DNA of 64,000 nt from an uncultured Planctomycetota bacterium (GTDB taxonomy: Bacteria > Planctomycetota > UBA1135 > UBA2386), in contig CAWGKH010000011.1 in assembly GCA_963823025.1 (NCBI GenBank), forward strand, positions 391,214 through 455,213, in the 5' to 3' direction. The notes below the pieces were generated by a model that was not told the origin of the DNA, searched no databases, and saw only the letters and a program-made list of their open reading frames with translations. The translations under genes were made by a program, and so were the position numbers. This document shows, in pieces, positions 22,814-33,082 of this stretch (its first letter is position 1; each line of letters opens with the position of its first letter).

Positions 22814-24243
22814 GCGCGACGACGGACGGGGTCGAGTTCGCGGCGCTCGAGTACTGCAGTGACCGGTCGTTCGCGCCGGCGCGTCTGCGCTTGCGGCACG
22901 ACGAGGCCGGGGCATGGGAGGTCTGGCGGAACGGCATCCCGCATCTCCGACCGGGAATCGGCTATCGCCTGCTGCGCACGCGTTCGTGCGGCGTGTGCTC
23001 CACGGATCTCGCGCGGCACCATCTACCGTTCCCGCTGCCACAGGTGATCGGACACGAGGTCGTGGTGGTCGATGAGCACGGCCGCCGGCAGGTCGTGGAG
23101 ATCAACGCGTCCCCCGCTGCGCGGGGGGTCGCCGGGGACTGTCCCGACTGCCGTGACGGCATCGGGCGTCATTGCCCGCGGCGCCTGGTCCTGGGCATCC
23201 ACGATCTGCCGGGAGGCTTCGGGCCTTGGATCCTGGCGCCGCACGGCGCGGTCGTGTCGGTTCCCGATGTCGTCCCGGACGACGTCGCCGTGATGGTCGA
23301 GCCGTTCGCCGCGGCGTGGCGCGCGGTGGAACGGCTCCGAATCCGCGACGGCGACGAGATCGCGGTTCTCGGTCCGCGGAAGCTCGGGATGCTCGTCATC
23401 GCGGCGCTCGCGGCCCATCGCCGGCGCCTGGGTATCGGGCTTCGGATCGTCGCACTGGCGCGCCGCAGCGCGCTGGGTGAGGTCGCACGGCGCATGGGTG
23501 CGGACGAGTTCGTGGACGTGTCGTCCGGTCAGGGGCCGGGCGATGCGATGTTCGACGTCGTGATCGACACCACCGGTGACCCCCTCGCGTTGGAGGCGGC
23601 GCTACGGATCGCGCGGCGCGAGGTGCATCTGAAGTCCACGCACGGCCTGCCCGCTGCCGGACTCCAGAATCCGACCGCACTGGTCGTCGACGAGCTGACG
23701 GTCGCACGCTTCGAGCCGGACCGGGTCGCCGGCCTGGCCGGACCGCTGGTGTGGATGTCGCCGAGCGCCGGACCGACGCAGCGCGAGAACCGGTGGCTGC
23801 GGGGCGACGACGCCTCCGATCTGCTCGCACGTCTCGCGGCGCGCCCCGACGTCGCCTGTATTCCGGGTGCGCGCGCGGTGGTGGTGGCCGATCTCGCCGG
23901 CGCGGATCGCGTGATGCGACCAGGCGACGACGAACGAGGCCTCGTGCGCCCGGAGGGCCTCGTGTTGCTCGACCCTGAAGGCGGCCCGGCGCGATCGCCA
24001 CTGGCGTCGGCGGTCCTCGATCGCGGCATCGTGCTGTCGTCGAGTCGCTGCGGGGACTTCCGCAAGGCACTCGCGGTGCTGGCCGCCGATGCCGATCTCC
24101 GGCGCTCGGTGGCCGGGCTGATCACGCACCGCTTCGGCGCGGATGCGCTCCCGCGTGCGTTCGACGTCGCGCGGACCCGCGACTGCATCAAAGCCGTCGT
24201 CGAGCACCCCCCGGTGTCTCCGGCCCGTCGGAGCGGCCGATGA
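22810..24243 (+). CDS. zinc-binding dehydrogenase of the MDR (alcohol dehydrogenase-like) superfamily with a long C-terminal extension
   Basis: A GTG start overlaps the OMT stop (GTGA). It has CGVCSTDL...GHE catalytic-zinc motifs and a structural-zinc motif CPDCRDGIGRHC. The product is about 478 aa. Confidence 0.6.
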   Translation: MSATTDGVEFAALEYCSDRSFAPARLRLRHDEAGAWEVWRNGIPHLRPGIGYRLLRTRSCGVCSTDLARHHLPFPLPQVIGHEVVVVDEHGRRQVVEINASPAARGVAGDCPDCRDGIGRHCPRRLVLGIHDLPGGFGPWILAPHGAVVSVPDVVPDDVAVMVEPFAAAWRAVERLRIRDGDEIAVLGPRKLGMLVIAALAAHRRRLGIGLRIVALARRSALGEVARRMGADEFVDVSSGQGPGDAMFDVVIDTTGDPLALEAALRIARREVHLKSTHGLPAAGLQNPTALVVDELTVARFEPDRVAGLAGPLVWMSPSAGPTQRENRWLRGDDASDLLARLAARPDVACIPGARAVVVADLAGADRVMRPGDDERGLVRPEGLVLLDPEGGPARSPLASAVLDRGIVLSSSRCGDFRKALAVLAADADLRRSVAGLITHRFGADALPRAFDVARTRDCIKAVVEHPPVSPARRSGR

Positions 24244-24989
24244 GGCCGGGCGTGAGGGCCGAATATCGTCGCGCGGCGAGCCAGCACTGGTGCTTCCGCG
24301 CGCGCCGGGAGATCTTCGCGCGAGTGCTGGATGGCGCGGGACGACTCCCGCCGAACGCGCGCATTCTCGACGTCGGGCCCGGCTTCGGCGTGAATCTGCC
24401 GGTGCTGCGCGGGCGCGGCCGGGTCGCAGTCCTGGATCTCGATCGCGATTCGCTCGACGCCTGCCGCGCGGCCGGGATCGAGGAGGCCGTGTACGGAGAT
24501 GTCCACGACCTTCCGTTCCGCGACGGCGCGTTCGATCTCGTGACCGCGCTCGACGTGCTCGAGCACCTGGATCACGACGTGGACGCACTGGGTGGAATCC
24601 GCCGGGTGCTGTGCCCCGGCGGGCGATTGCTCGTGTCCGTGCCGGCGTTTGCGCTCCTGTGGGGCAGGCAGGACGTGCTGTCGGATCACCGTCGCCGCTA
24701 TCGACGCGCCGAGCTCGAGCGGAAGCTCACCGAGGCGGGGTTCGTGATCCGGCGGTTGAGCTACTTCAACACCGTGCTGTTCCTGCCGATCCTCGCGGTG
24801 CGTCTCGCGATGCGGCCGTTCCTCACGCGCTCGGTCGAACGCGGCCGATCCGATCTCGCGGTCCGCTTCCCGCCGGGAATCGAAGCGGTCCTGTACCGCG
24901 CGTTCGCCGCGGAGTCGCGCTGGCTGACCCGCCACGATCTTCCGTTCGGGGTGTCCTTGCTCGCGCTCGCCGTCCGTGAGGATGCGTGA
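24240..24989 (+). CDS. class I SAM-dependent methyltransferase (Methyltransf_11/23-like)
   Basis: The ATG overlaps the previous stop (ATGA). Motifs are ILDVGPGFG and LCPGGRLLVSVP. Confidence 0.65.
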   Translation: MRPGVRAEYRRAASQHWCFRARREIFARVLDGAGRLPPNARILDVGPGFGVNLPVLRGRGRVAVLDLDRDSLDACRAAGIEEAVYGDVHDLPFRDGAFDLVTALDVLEHLDHDVDALGGIRRVLCPGGRLLVSVPAFALLWGRQDVLSDHRRRYRRAELERKLTEAGFVIRRLSYFNTVLFLPILAVRLAMRPFLTRSVERGRSDLAVRFPPGIEAVLYRAFAAESRWLTRHDLPFGVSLLALAVREDA

Positions 24990-24997
24990 GGTCGGGG

Positions 24998-27073
24998 TCA
25001 GTCGACCGGGACGGCGCGAACGGCATCGACGACGACGTGTCCGTGCGTTCCCCGATTGGTGATCTCCACGATCACCGACGCGTCGGGTTGCATCGTCAGC
25101 TCGCCGATCGGTTGCCAGAGGCCATCGACCGGCGGCGAAGCGGTCTCGTCGACGGCAGTGTCGATCCGTTCGTCGCCGTGGACGATCGTCACCGGTACGG
25201 CCGGTGCCCGGTTCGCATGCGCGGTGTAGGCGATCTCCAGGCGATAGCGGCCAGGGACGGAAGGTGTGAGCTCGAAGCGGGCGCGGGCCCGGCCGTCGCC
25301 GCGTGCGCCGTCGTGGAGGTAGCCGCGCCCGACGAACGGCGTCTGGGAGCGGCTCGTCGTCCAGCCGCCCTCGAGATGCGCGTCCGCGTCGTCAACCACG
25401 ACTCCTTCGATCTTCGACGGGTCGAGCCCGATCGCCGTCGCGGGGCTCCACGCGAGCACCTGCCCTTCGGCCAGCAGCCGTTCGCGGAGCTTCGCGTAGT
25501 CGACGTCCTGCACGGCGACTCCGTCCCGCAGAGCGAGGTGCGCGGCGGTCGCCGCCGAGTGTCCGAGCACCATGAACACCGGCTCCATGCGGATCGAGCC
25601 GAACGCGATGTGGGTCGCCGAGACCGCGACCGGCACCAGGAGGTTCGTGCACTCGCTCCTGCGCGGGCGGATCGCCCGGTAGGCGATGCCGTAGGGGTCG
25701 AAGCCATGCACCTGCACGTCACCCTCGTTGCGGACCTTGCCGTCCGTGGTGACGTAGCGCTGCACGTTGTGCGAGTCCATCCCGTACGAGCCGAGCCCTA
25801 TCGGATCGTCGACGCGGTCGAGACCGCGGCAATGGCGCTCCGTCATGACGACGTCAGACACCATGCGGCGACCCTCTCGGACGTAGAGCTGCGGCGGCCA
25901 GTGCCCGGTCTCGGGCCATTCGTCGAGCGCGGGTCCCCACTCCCGGAACTCGGCGCGGATCTCCACGGGCACTCGCGGGTCGTTCGCGAGCGTCCAGAGC
26001 AGACCCTGCGTGTACGCGAGATGGGCCGCGAAGATCGCGTCACGCTCCGTCCAGTCCGCTTCGGGCCAGCGGTGGCTCGCGCCGATCACGTCCGTCGAGA
26101 TCGCGAAGTTGTTGTTCGTGTCCGTCTTGCGGTTCGGCATCCGGACGCGATGCCAAGGCACGCGGTGGTCACCCGCTTCGAAGTTGCGCAGCAGCAGCTC
26201 GAACTCGGTCTCGTCGTAGTGGGCCGGTTTCGGCCACGGCGCGCGGTTCTCCGGGACGTCGGTCGTACACAGACGGAAGCAATACGCCTGGACCCGGTCG
26301 TCTCCCGAGCCATCGGCACCCGGGCGTTCGGTCGACACGCCGGGCAGGAGACCGCTGGCGGGATCGCCGCGAACCCGCCACGGATCGACGTCCACGACGA
26401 ACTGGTGATGCACGGCGTTCGCGGTTTGCACGCCGTCCAGTGTCTCACCGTAGGTGGCGTTCGACTCGCGGCCGACGCGATAGGACACGCCGGCGTGTGC
26501 GAGGAGGTCGCCCTCGTACGTCGCGTCGATGAAGACGTCCGCGGTGAATGTCCGCGGCTCCCCGTCGACGGTCACCCGGATCGAAGTGATCCGGCCGTCC
26601 TGCTTCGCCACGCCGCCGTCGCCGAAGTCGAGTCGGGCGTGGTAGACGACCGGCACTTCGGCCTCGTCGAGCATCGCCTCGAAGGTCGCCCGTGCGACCC
26701 CCGGCTCGAACGTCCAGACGGCGTCGTCACCGGCGCGGTGACCGCGCCCCGGGAAGTCCTTCGCGCGTTCCCGGGTCCAGGCCTCGGCCCCGGAGTAGTA
26801 GGCGTGCAGCCGCCGGTAGAACTCGCGCGCGAGGCCGCCGATCGACGCCTTGTCACCGATGTCGGTCGCGCCGAGCCCGGAGCTGCTCATGCCGCCGACG
26901 AGGTGCGTCGGTTCGAGGAGCACGACCGAGTGGCCGAGCCGCGCGGACTGAACGGCGGCGATCACGCCGGCCGAGGTGCCGCCGTAGACGACCACGTCGG
27001 TGCGATGGGAGGGCGACTGCCCGTTCGACCAGGCGCCGCAGGCGAGGGTCGCTAGGAAAACGCGCTTCAGCAT
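24998..27073 (-). CDS. secreted FAD-dependent oxidoreductase (FAD_oxidored/PF12831-like) with a C-terminal beta-rich extension
   Basis: 691 aa intact. The signal peptide MLKRVFLATLACGAWS is followed by the dinucleotide-binding motif VVVYGGTSAGVIAA. Confidence 0.55.
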   Translation of the reverse strand: MLKRVFLATLACGAWSNGQSPSHRTDVVVYGGTSAGVIAAVQSARLGHSVVLLEPTHLVGGMSSSGLGATDIGDKASIGGLAREFYRRLHAYYSGAEAWTRERAKDFPGRGHRAGDDAVWTFEPGVARATFEAMLDEAEVPVVYHARLDFGDGGVAKQDGRITSIRVTVDGEPRTFTADVFIDATYEGDLLAHAGVSYRVGRESNATYGETLDGVQTANAVHHQFVVDVDPWRVRGDPASGLLPGVSTERPGADGSGDDRVQAYCFRLCTTDVPENRAPWPKPAHYDETEFELLLRNFEAGDHRVPWHRVRMPNRKTDTNNNFAISTDVIGASHRWPEADWTERDAIFAAHLAYTQGLLWTLANDPRVPVEIRAEFREWGPALDEWPETGHWPPQLYVREGRRMVSDVVMTERHCRGLDRVDDPIGLGSYGMDSHNVQRYVTTDGKVRNEGDVQVHGFDPYGIAYRAIRPRRSECTNLLVPVAVSATHIAFGSIRMEPVFMVLGHSAATAAHLALRDGVAVQDVDYAKLRERLLAEGQVLAWSPATAIGLDPSKIEGVVVDDADAHLEGGWTTSRSQTPFVGRGYLHDGARGDGRARARFELTPSVPGRYRLEIAYTAHANRAPAVPVTIVHGDERIDTAVDETASPPVDGLWQPIGELTMQPDASVIVEITNRGTHGHVVVDAVRAVPVD

Positions 27074-27205
27074 CGAGGGGGCTACGGTCGGTTCCAGGCC
27101 CAGCCGATCATAGGATGGACACCGGGGCGGGGCCCGATAGGCTTCCGAGGGTCCCGGCCGCGCCGAGAGATGGTGCGACCGAGCAGTATCGAGGACGAGT
27201 TCGAG

Positions 27206-27763
27206 ATGGGCAGGCGACTGTTCGTCGGCAATCTGAGTTACGAGACGACCGAGGACTCACTCCGCGCCCACTTCGCGGCGGACGGCCGCCAGGTGGCTGG
27301 CGCGCGGGTGATGCTCGACCGGGAGACCGGCCGGTCCCGAGGTTTCGGCTTCATCGATCTGACGTCCGACGACGACGTGGCGGCGGCGATCGTGGAGTTC
27401 GACGGGTCCCGACTCGACGGCCGCGTGCTGCACGTCAGCGAAGCCAACGAGCGACCGCGCACCGAACGCCCCGATCGCGGCGAACGGCCGTCCCGGCCGC
27501 GCGAGGACGCAGCGCCATCGCGGCCGCGTGAAGCGAGGCCTCGCGACGAGAGCGCTCCTCGAGCGGAGGCGCGGTTCGTCGATGATCGCGGCGAGGACCG
27601 CGGGGATCGGGACCGGCGCGAGCGCGAGCGCGGTGGTCGCGAACGCGGGCGCGAGCGACCGCGCCGTCCCGGTGTCGACGATGACGACTGGAGTGGCCGC
27701 CGCGGTGGCAAGCGCGGGAAGCGCCGCGATCTCGACGACGACTACGACGACGACGAGTGGTAG
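27206..27763 (+). CDS. RRM-type RNA-binding protein with an Arg/Asp/Glu-rich C-terminal tail
   Basis: The RNP-2 motif is LFVGNL and the RNP-1 motif is RGFGFIDL. The start could be the upstream ATG at 27170. The tail is made of RD/RE repeats. Confidence 0.7.
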   Translation: MGRRLFVGNLSYETTEDSLRAHFAADGRQVAGARVMLDRETGRSRGFGFIDLTSDDDVAAAIVEFDGSRLDGRVLHVSEANERPRTERPDRGERPSRPREDAAPSRPREARPRDESAPRAEARFVDDRGEDRGDRDRRERERGGRERGRERPRRPGVDDDDWSGRRGGKRGKRRDLDDDYDDDEW

Positions 27764-27767
27764 GCGC

Positions 27768-29705
27768 TCAGAGGAGCGCGCGGCGTTCGAGCTCGTCCAG
27801 CACCCGCGCGACGTTGTCCTCGACCGACACGTTCGCCGTGTCCAACCGGAGCAGCGGGTCCTTGGGAGCTTCGTAGGGGGCGTCCACACCGGTCAGGCCT
27901 TCGATCTCACCGCGCCGGGCGCGACCGAACAGGTCGGCGTCGTCGCGCTGTTCGCAGACATCGAGCGGTGCGTCGCAGTGGACGACCAGGAAGTGGTCGT
28001 TGCCGATGATCCGTCGAGCTTCCTGGCGGTCGGCGTCGATCGGCGAGACCAGCGCGACGACCGTGATCATCCCCAGGTCGTTGGTGATCTTCGCGACTTC
28101 GGCCGCGCGTCGTTGATGCTCCCAGCGGTCGGCCGGAGAGAAGCCGAGATCGCTGCTGATTCCGGCGCGCAGGTTCTCGCCGTCGAGCACGTGGACGTGA
28201 CGGCCACGCTCGAACAGCGCACGTTCGAGTGCGAAGGCGAGCGAGCTCTTGCCTGCGCGCGGCAGGCCGGTGAGCCACAGCGTGAACGGTGCCTGCCCCA
28301 GCCGGTGCTCGCGCTGCTCGAGGTTCACCGAACCGCGTTGTGCGCGGATGTTCGTTCCCGCGTCGGCGGACGATCGCCGGCGTGCCAGCGATTTGTCGGC
28401 GGAGGCCCGGTCGACGATCATGCCGGCCGCGACCGTCGCATTCGTCAGGCGATCGATCAGGATGAACGCCCCGAGGCCGCGATTCTTCTGGTAGGGGTCG
28501 CTCGCGAGCGGGCGGCTGGTCTCGATCTCGACCCGGCCGATCTCGTTGAGCGCCAGGCGATCGGTGTCCTCCTTGCGGAGGGTGTTCACGTTGGTGCGGT
28601 AGCGCACGCCGGTGACGGTCGCCGCCGTCTCGGTGGTCGTGTGCTTGAGGAGGTAGCTCCGACCGACTTGCAGCGGCTGCTGGTCCATCCACACGACCAT
28701 CGCCTCCAGCTCGGACGCGAGCAGCGGGGCGTTGTTGACGTGCGACAGGAGGTCGCCGCGGCTCACGTCGATCTCGTCGGCGAGCGTCACCGTGACGGCC
28801 ATCGGCGCGAACGCCTCCGACACCTCGCCGTCGAACGTGACGATCGAGCGCACTCGGCTGCGCTTGCCGGACGGCAGCGACACGAGCGGGTCGCCGACGC
28901 GCACGATGCCCGATTCGATCGTTCCGGCGTAGCCGCGGAAGTCGAGGTTGGGGCGCACGACGTTCTGCACCGGCATGCGGAAGTCGATCAGGTTGCGGTC
29001 GCTGGCGATGTGGACGGTCTCGAGGTAGCCGAGCAGCGGGCCGCCCTGGTACCACGGCATGTTCGGGCTGTCGAGGACGACATTGTCACCCTCGAGCGCG
29101 GACATCGGGATGAAGTGCACGTCCGCGACCTGCAGCTTCGCAGCGAAGTCGGTGAAGTCGGCACGGATGCGGTCGAACGTCTCCTCGCTCCACTCGACGA
29201 GGTCCATCTTGTTGATGGCCACGACGACGTGCCTGATGCCGAGCAGCGCGGCGATGAAGGAGTGCCGCCTCGTCTGATCGAGCACGCCCTTGCGTGCGTC
29301 GATCAGGATCACCGCGAGGTCGCAGTTCGACGCGCCGGTCGCCATGTTGCGCGTGTACTGCTCGTGCCCGGGCGTGTCCGCGATGATGAACTTGCGCCGG
29401 TCGGTGTTGAAGTAGCGGTAGGCGACGTCGATCGTGATGCCTTGCTCGCGCTCCGCCTCCAGACCGTCGACGAGGAGCGCGAAGTCGATCTCACGGCCGG
29501 TCGTGCCGAAGCGCGCCGAGTCCCGCCGGGCGGCGTCCAGCTGGTCGTCGTAGACCATCGACGAGTCGTGCAGCAGGCGGCCGATCAGCGTCGACTTGCC
29601 GTCGTCGACGCTGCCGCAGGTGAGGAAGCGAAGGAGGTCCTTGCGGCGGTACTTCTCGAGGTAGCCGTCGATGCCCAGGCGATCGAGCTCGGTCTGGATA
29701 CTCAT
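27768..29705 (-). CDS. cysNC: bifunctional sulfate adenylyltransferase subunit 1 / adenylyl-sulfate kinase (CysN-CysC fusion, NodQ-like)
   Basis: The GTPase domain has [15 protein letters not shown] and NKMD motifs. The C-terminal APS-kinase domain has a P-loop GLPRAGKSS. The start ATG overlaps the cysD stop (TGATG). The 5' part of track ORF 27768-30491 is antisense to cysD. Confidence 0.9.
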   Translation of the reverse strand: MSIQTELDRLGIDGYLEKYRRKDLLRFLTCGSVDDGKSTLIGRLLHDSSMVYDDQLDAARRDSARFGTTGREIDFALLVDGLEAEREQGITIDVAYRYFNTDRRKFIIADTPGHEQYTRNMATGASNCDLAVILIDARKGVLDQTRRHSFIAALLGIRHVVVAINKMDLVEWSEETFDRIRADFTDFAAKLQVADVHFIPMSALEGDNVVLDSPNMPWYQGGPLLGYLETVHIASDRNLIDFRMPVQNVVRPNLDFRGYAGTIESGIVRVGDPLVSLPSGKRSRVRSIVTFDGEVSEAFAPMAVTVTLADEIDVSRGDLLSHVNNAPLLASELEAMVVWMDQQPLQVGRSYLLKHTTTETAATVTGVRYRTNVNTLRKEDTDRLALNEIGRVEIETSRPLASDPYQKNRGLGAFILIDRLTNATVAAGMIVDRASADKSLARRRSSADAGTNIRAQRGSVNLEQREHRLGQAPFTLWLTGLPRAGKSSLAFALERALFERGRHVHVLDGENLRAGISSDLGFSPADRWEHQRRAAEVAKITNDLGMITVVALVSPIDADRQEARRIIGNDHFLVVHCDAPLDVCEQRDDADLFGRARRGEIEGLTGVDAPYEAPKDPLLRLDTANVSVEDNVARVLDELERRALL

Positions 29706-30613
29706 CAGAAGTAGCCCTCCCGCTTCTTCTCCTCCATCGACCCGGCCTCGTCGTAATCGATGACTCGGCCCTGTCGCTCGGAGGTCCGCGTGCGGAGCAT
29801 CTCCTCGATGATCTCGGTGACGGTCGATGCCTCCGACTCCACCGCACCGGTGAGGGGATAGCAGCCGAGGGTGCGGAAGCGCACCTTCCTCATCTCGGGC
29901 TTCTCGCCGGGCTCGAGCGGCAGCCGATCGTCGTCCACCATGATCCACGTGTCCGAGCGCCGGACGACCGGACGTTCCTTCGCGAAGTAGAGCGGCACGA
30001 CCGGCATCTGCTCGTAGTGGATGTAGAGCCACACATCGAGCTCGGTCCAGTTCGACAGCGGGAAGACACGGATCGACTCGCCTTTGTGGATGCGAGCGTT
30101 GTAGAGATCCCAGAGCTCGGGTCGCTGGTTCTTCGGATCCCAGGTGTGGTGTTTGTCGCGGAAGGAGAACACCCGCTCCTTCGCGCGGCTCTTCTCCTCG
30201 TCGCGGCGCGCGCCGCCGAACGCGGCGTCGTAGCCACCCGCCTTCAAAGCCTGTTTCAGCGCCTCGGTCTTCATGATGTGCGTGTAGCGCTGCGAGCCGT
30301 GGTCGAACGGGTTGATGTGCGCGGCGACACCTTCCTGGTTGATCCACTCGATGAGGCGGAAGCCCAGCTTCGCCGCGAGCCGGTCCCGGAACTCGATCAT
30401 CTCGTGGAACTTGAACGTCGTGTTGACGTGCAGCAGCGGGAACGGGATCGGTGCTGGATGGAAGGCCTTCTGTGCGAGCCGCAGCATGCACAGCGAGTCC
30501 TTGCCGATCGAGAACAGCATCACCGGGTTCGCGAACTCGGCCGCGACTTCACGGATGATGTGGATGCTCTCGTGCTCGAGCTCCTGGAGGTGCGTCAGGT
30601 GGTACTGGCTCAT
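29705..30613 (-). CDS. cysD: sulfate adenylyltransferase subunit 2
   Basis: 302 aa of the PAPS-reductase-like fold ([13 protein letters not shown]), conserved along its whole length. Confidence 0.9.
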   Translation of the reverse strand: MSQYHLTHLQELEHESIHIIREVAAEFANPVMLFSIGKDSLCMLRLAQKAFHPAPIPFPLLHVNTTFKFHEMIEFRDRLAAKLGFRLIEWINQEGVAAHINPFDHGSQRYTHIMKTEALKQALKAGGYDAAFGGARRDEEKSRAKERVFSFRDKHHTWDPKNQRPELWDLYNARIHKGESIRVFPLSNWTELDVWLYIHYEQMPVVPLYFAKERPVVRRSDTWIMVDDDRLPLEPGEKPEMRKVRFRTLGCYPLTGAVESEASTVTEIIEEMLRTRTSERQGRVIDYDEAGSMEEKKREGYF

Positions 30614-31251
30614 GACGGGCGAGGGTCGCGCTCACGCGTCGGCGAAGGAGTGAGGAGGCCGTGCGCGAGCATGTGCCCGACGACGCGGGACGCGCTGTCG
30701 TCGACGGAGAGCTCAGCCGTGCGCAGCGTGAGCTCGGGATGGAGAGGTGGCTCGTAGGGTGAGCTGACGCCCGTGAATTCGGCGATCTCGCCCCGTCGGA
30801 CCTTCGCGTAGAGGCCCTTGGGGTCGCGCTTCTCGCACTCTGCGAGCGGCACGTCGAGGAACACTTCGAGGAAGCGGTCGGGGCCGATCACCGCACGCGC
30901 CTGGTCGCGGTCGGCGCGGAACGGGGAGATGAACGCGGTCAGCACGATCAGGCCGACGTCCACCGAGAGCGCGGCGACCTCGGCGATGCGGCGGATGTTC
31001 TCGGTGCGGTCGGCATCGGCGAAACCGAGATCCCGACAGAGTCCGTGGCGCACGTTGTCGCCGTCCAGCACCTGGACGAGGTGGCCGTCCCGATGGAGTC
31101 GCTCCTCGACGGCCCGGCAGACCGTCGACTTGCCGGAGCCGGAGAGGCCGGTGAACCACAGGACGCAGCCGCGCTGGCCGAGGAGGCGCTCCCGGTCCTC
31201 GCGCGCGACCGCGCCGCGGTGGTAGGTGACGTTCTGGCTCTTCTGCTGCAT
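30610..31251 (-). CDS. cysC: adenylyl-sulfate (APS) kinase, stand-alone copy
   Basis: The P-loop is [12 protein letters not shown], followed by DGDNVR and SPFRADR motifs. The start is taken at the [14 protein letters not shown], about 31251. The stop overlaps the cysD start. Confidence 0.8.
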   Translation of the reverse strand: MQQKSQNVTYHRGAVAREDRERLLGQRGCVLWFTGLSGSGKSTVCRAVEERLHRDGHLVQVLDGDNVRHGLCRDLGFADADRTENIRRIAEVAALSVDVGLIVLTAFISPFRADRDQARAVIGPDRFLEVFLDVPLAECEKRDPKGLYAKVRRGEIAEFTGVSSPYEPPLHPELTLRTAELSVDDSASRVVGHMLAHGLLTPSPTRERDPRPS

Positions 31252-31384
31252 GCGGTGCCGACCGGCCGAGGACCGGGCGGAGAATTGTCCGCCTCGATCC
31301 CCGTTGTGCCAACGGCTTTCCGCGACCGACCGGGCCGGCCGGTGGCGACGCGTCGGTGTCAGCGACCGGAGGGCGCCGCTCGGC

Positions 31385-33018
31385 TCACGACGCGCCCCGG
31401 TCGCGCCGGCGCGCCTCGGGCGGTCGCTCGCCCCCGGCAGTGCTCGTGGACGCGGCGGCCGGCGCCGGCTCCTTGTCCCCGGCATGGTTCGTGGCGTCGC
31501 CGTCCACACCCATGAGCTGCCCGAAGAACTCGGGCATCTTCACGCCACCGACGTCCCGCATCATCTGCAGCATCGGCGGCAGGGTGTGGGCGAGGTTCTG
31601 GAGGAAGTTCGAGGTCGCGCCCGCGCCCTTGCCGGAGTCCCAGACGACGACCTTGTCGAACTTGATGTTCGAGATGGCCTTCGCCGCGGTCTCCGAGAGC
31701 TGGGGGAGCTGCTCGAGCATCAGGAGCTGGAAGGCCTCCTGGGCGCCGCCGCAGCTCTTGACGATCGCGCTCGAGACCCTCGGCCTTCTTCGCGAGGATC
31801 TCGTACTCGCCGCGCGCCCTGGCTTCGAGCCGCGCGAACGTCGCGCCGGCCTGTGCCTCGGCGTCGATCCGCACCTGCTCCGCCGCGGCCTCGGCATCGA
31901 CGATCTGCTTCGCCTTGTGCGCACGCGCCACGGCTTCGAGCTCGGCGCGCTTCTCCTTCTCGATCTTGGCCATCAGCGCCTCGGCGGTGCGCGCCTCGGC
32001 GTTGTACTGGGCCTCGCGGACCGCCGCATCGGCTTCGCGCCGGCGCGTCTCCGAGAGCTGGAACGCTTCGGCCTCCCGCACCGCGAGCGCCGCGTTCACG
32101 TCGGCGACCTGCTTCTTCGCCTCGTTCTCGCCGGTCACGGCGGCGGCGTTGGCCTCCGCGACCTGGATGCGCATCTGGCGCTCGGACTCCTTGACCTGCG
32201 CCTCCTGCTCGTACGCGGCGGTCCGCTGTCCGACCTGGGTCGCGCGATCCAGGTCCGCGACCTGCACGAGCTTGTCGCGCTCCGCCTCCTTGGTGCCGAT
32301 CTCGCGCAGCTTCTCGGCCTGCGCGACGAGCACCATCCGCTCCTTCTCGGCCTGGGCGACGCCGATCGCGCCCTTCTTGACCTGCTCGGCGACGTCGATC
32401 TCGGCCTGCTGGATCGCCTGCGAAGCGGCCTTCTTGCCGATCGCCTCGATGTAGCCGGACTCGTCCGTGATGTCCGTGATGTTCACGTTGATCAGGACCA
32501 GGCCGATCTTCTCGAGCTCGGCCGCGAGCGAGGCGTGGATGTTCTCGAGGAACTTGTCGCGGTCGCGGTTGATGTCCTCGATCGCCATCGAGGCGATCAC
32601 CTGGCGGAGCTGGCCGAAGATGATGTCCTCGGCCTGCTTCATGATCTCCGGCACGCGCAGTCCGAGCAGGCGGATCGGCCGCGTTCTGCATGACCTCCTG
32701 CTCGGTGCCGATCGCGACCGTGAACACGCTCGGCACGTTGACGCGGATGTTCTCCATCGAGAGCGCGCCGCGCAGCGGGATCTCGATCTGCATCGGCTCG
32801 AGGACGAGGTACTGCGTAGTCCTGGATCAGCGGCCAGACGAACGCGCCGCCGCCGTGGAGGCAGCTCGCCGACCGGCCTTCGCCGAACCTTGCCGTAGAT
32901 CACGAGGACGCGGTTGCTGGGGCAGCGCTTGTAGCGCTTGACGAGAACCGCGAGGAAGCCGAACGCCACCAGAACGACGGCGGCGACCAACAGGATCGTG
33001 TAGGGGTTGTCGGGCACT
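31385..33018 (-). CDS. flotillin-family SPFH protein (YuaG/FloT-like) with a long E/A-rich coiled coil; four frameshifts in this sequence
   Basis: A GGAAGGAG ribosome-binding site precedes the GTG start at about 33018. The pieces read consecutively are: [41 protein letters not shown], then [17 protein letters not shown], then [45 protein letters not shown], then [27 protein letters not shown]...[11 protein letters not shown], then [22 protein letters not shown]...*. Shifts lie at about 32870, 32812, 32675 and 31765. Confidence 0.75.
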
Positions 33019-33082
33019 GGATCTCCTTCCGTGACTGCTTGATCGGTGGTGTGCGCGCCCCGCGGGTCGGGGCAACTGCGTG

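Noticed and set aside
24986-29714. Plus-strand ORFs 24986-27055 (689 aa) and 27528-29714 (728 aa)
   Set aside because: They are antisense to the FAD oxidoreductase and to cysNC respectively. No protein family features are present.
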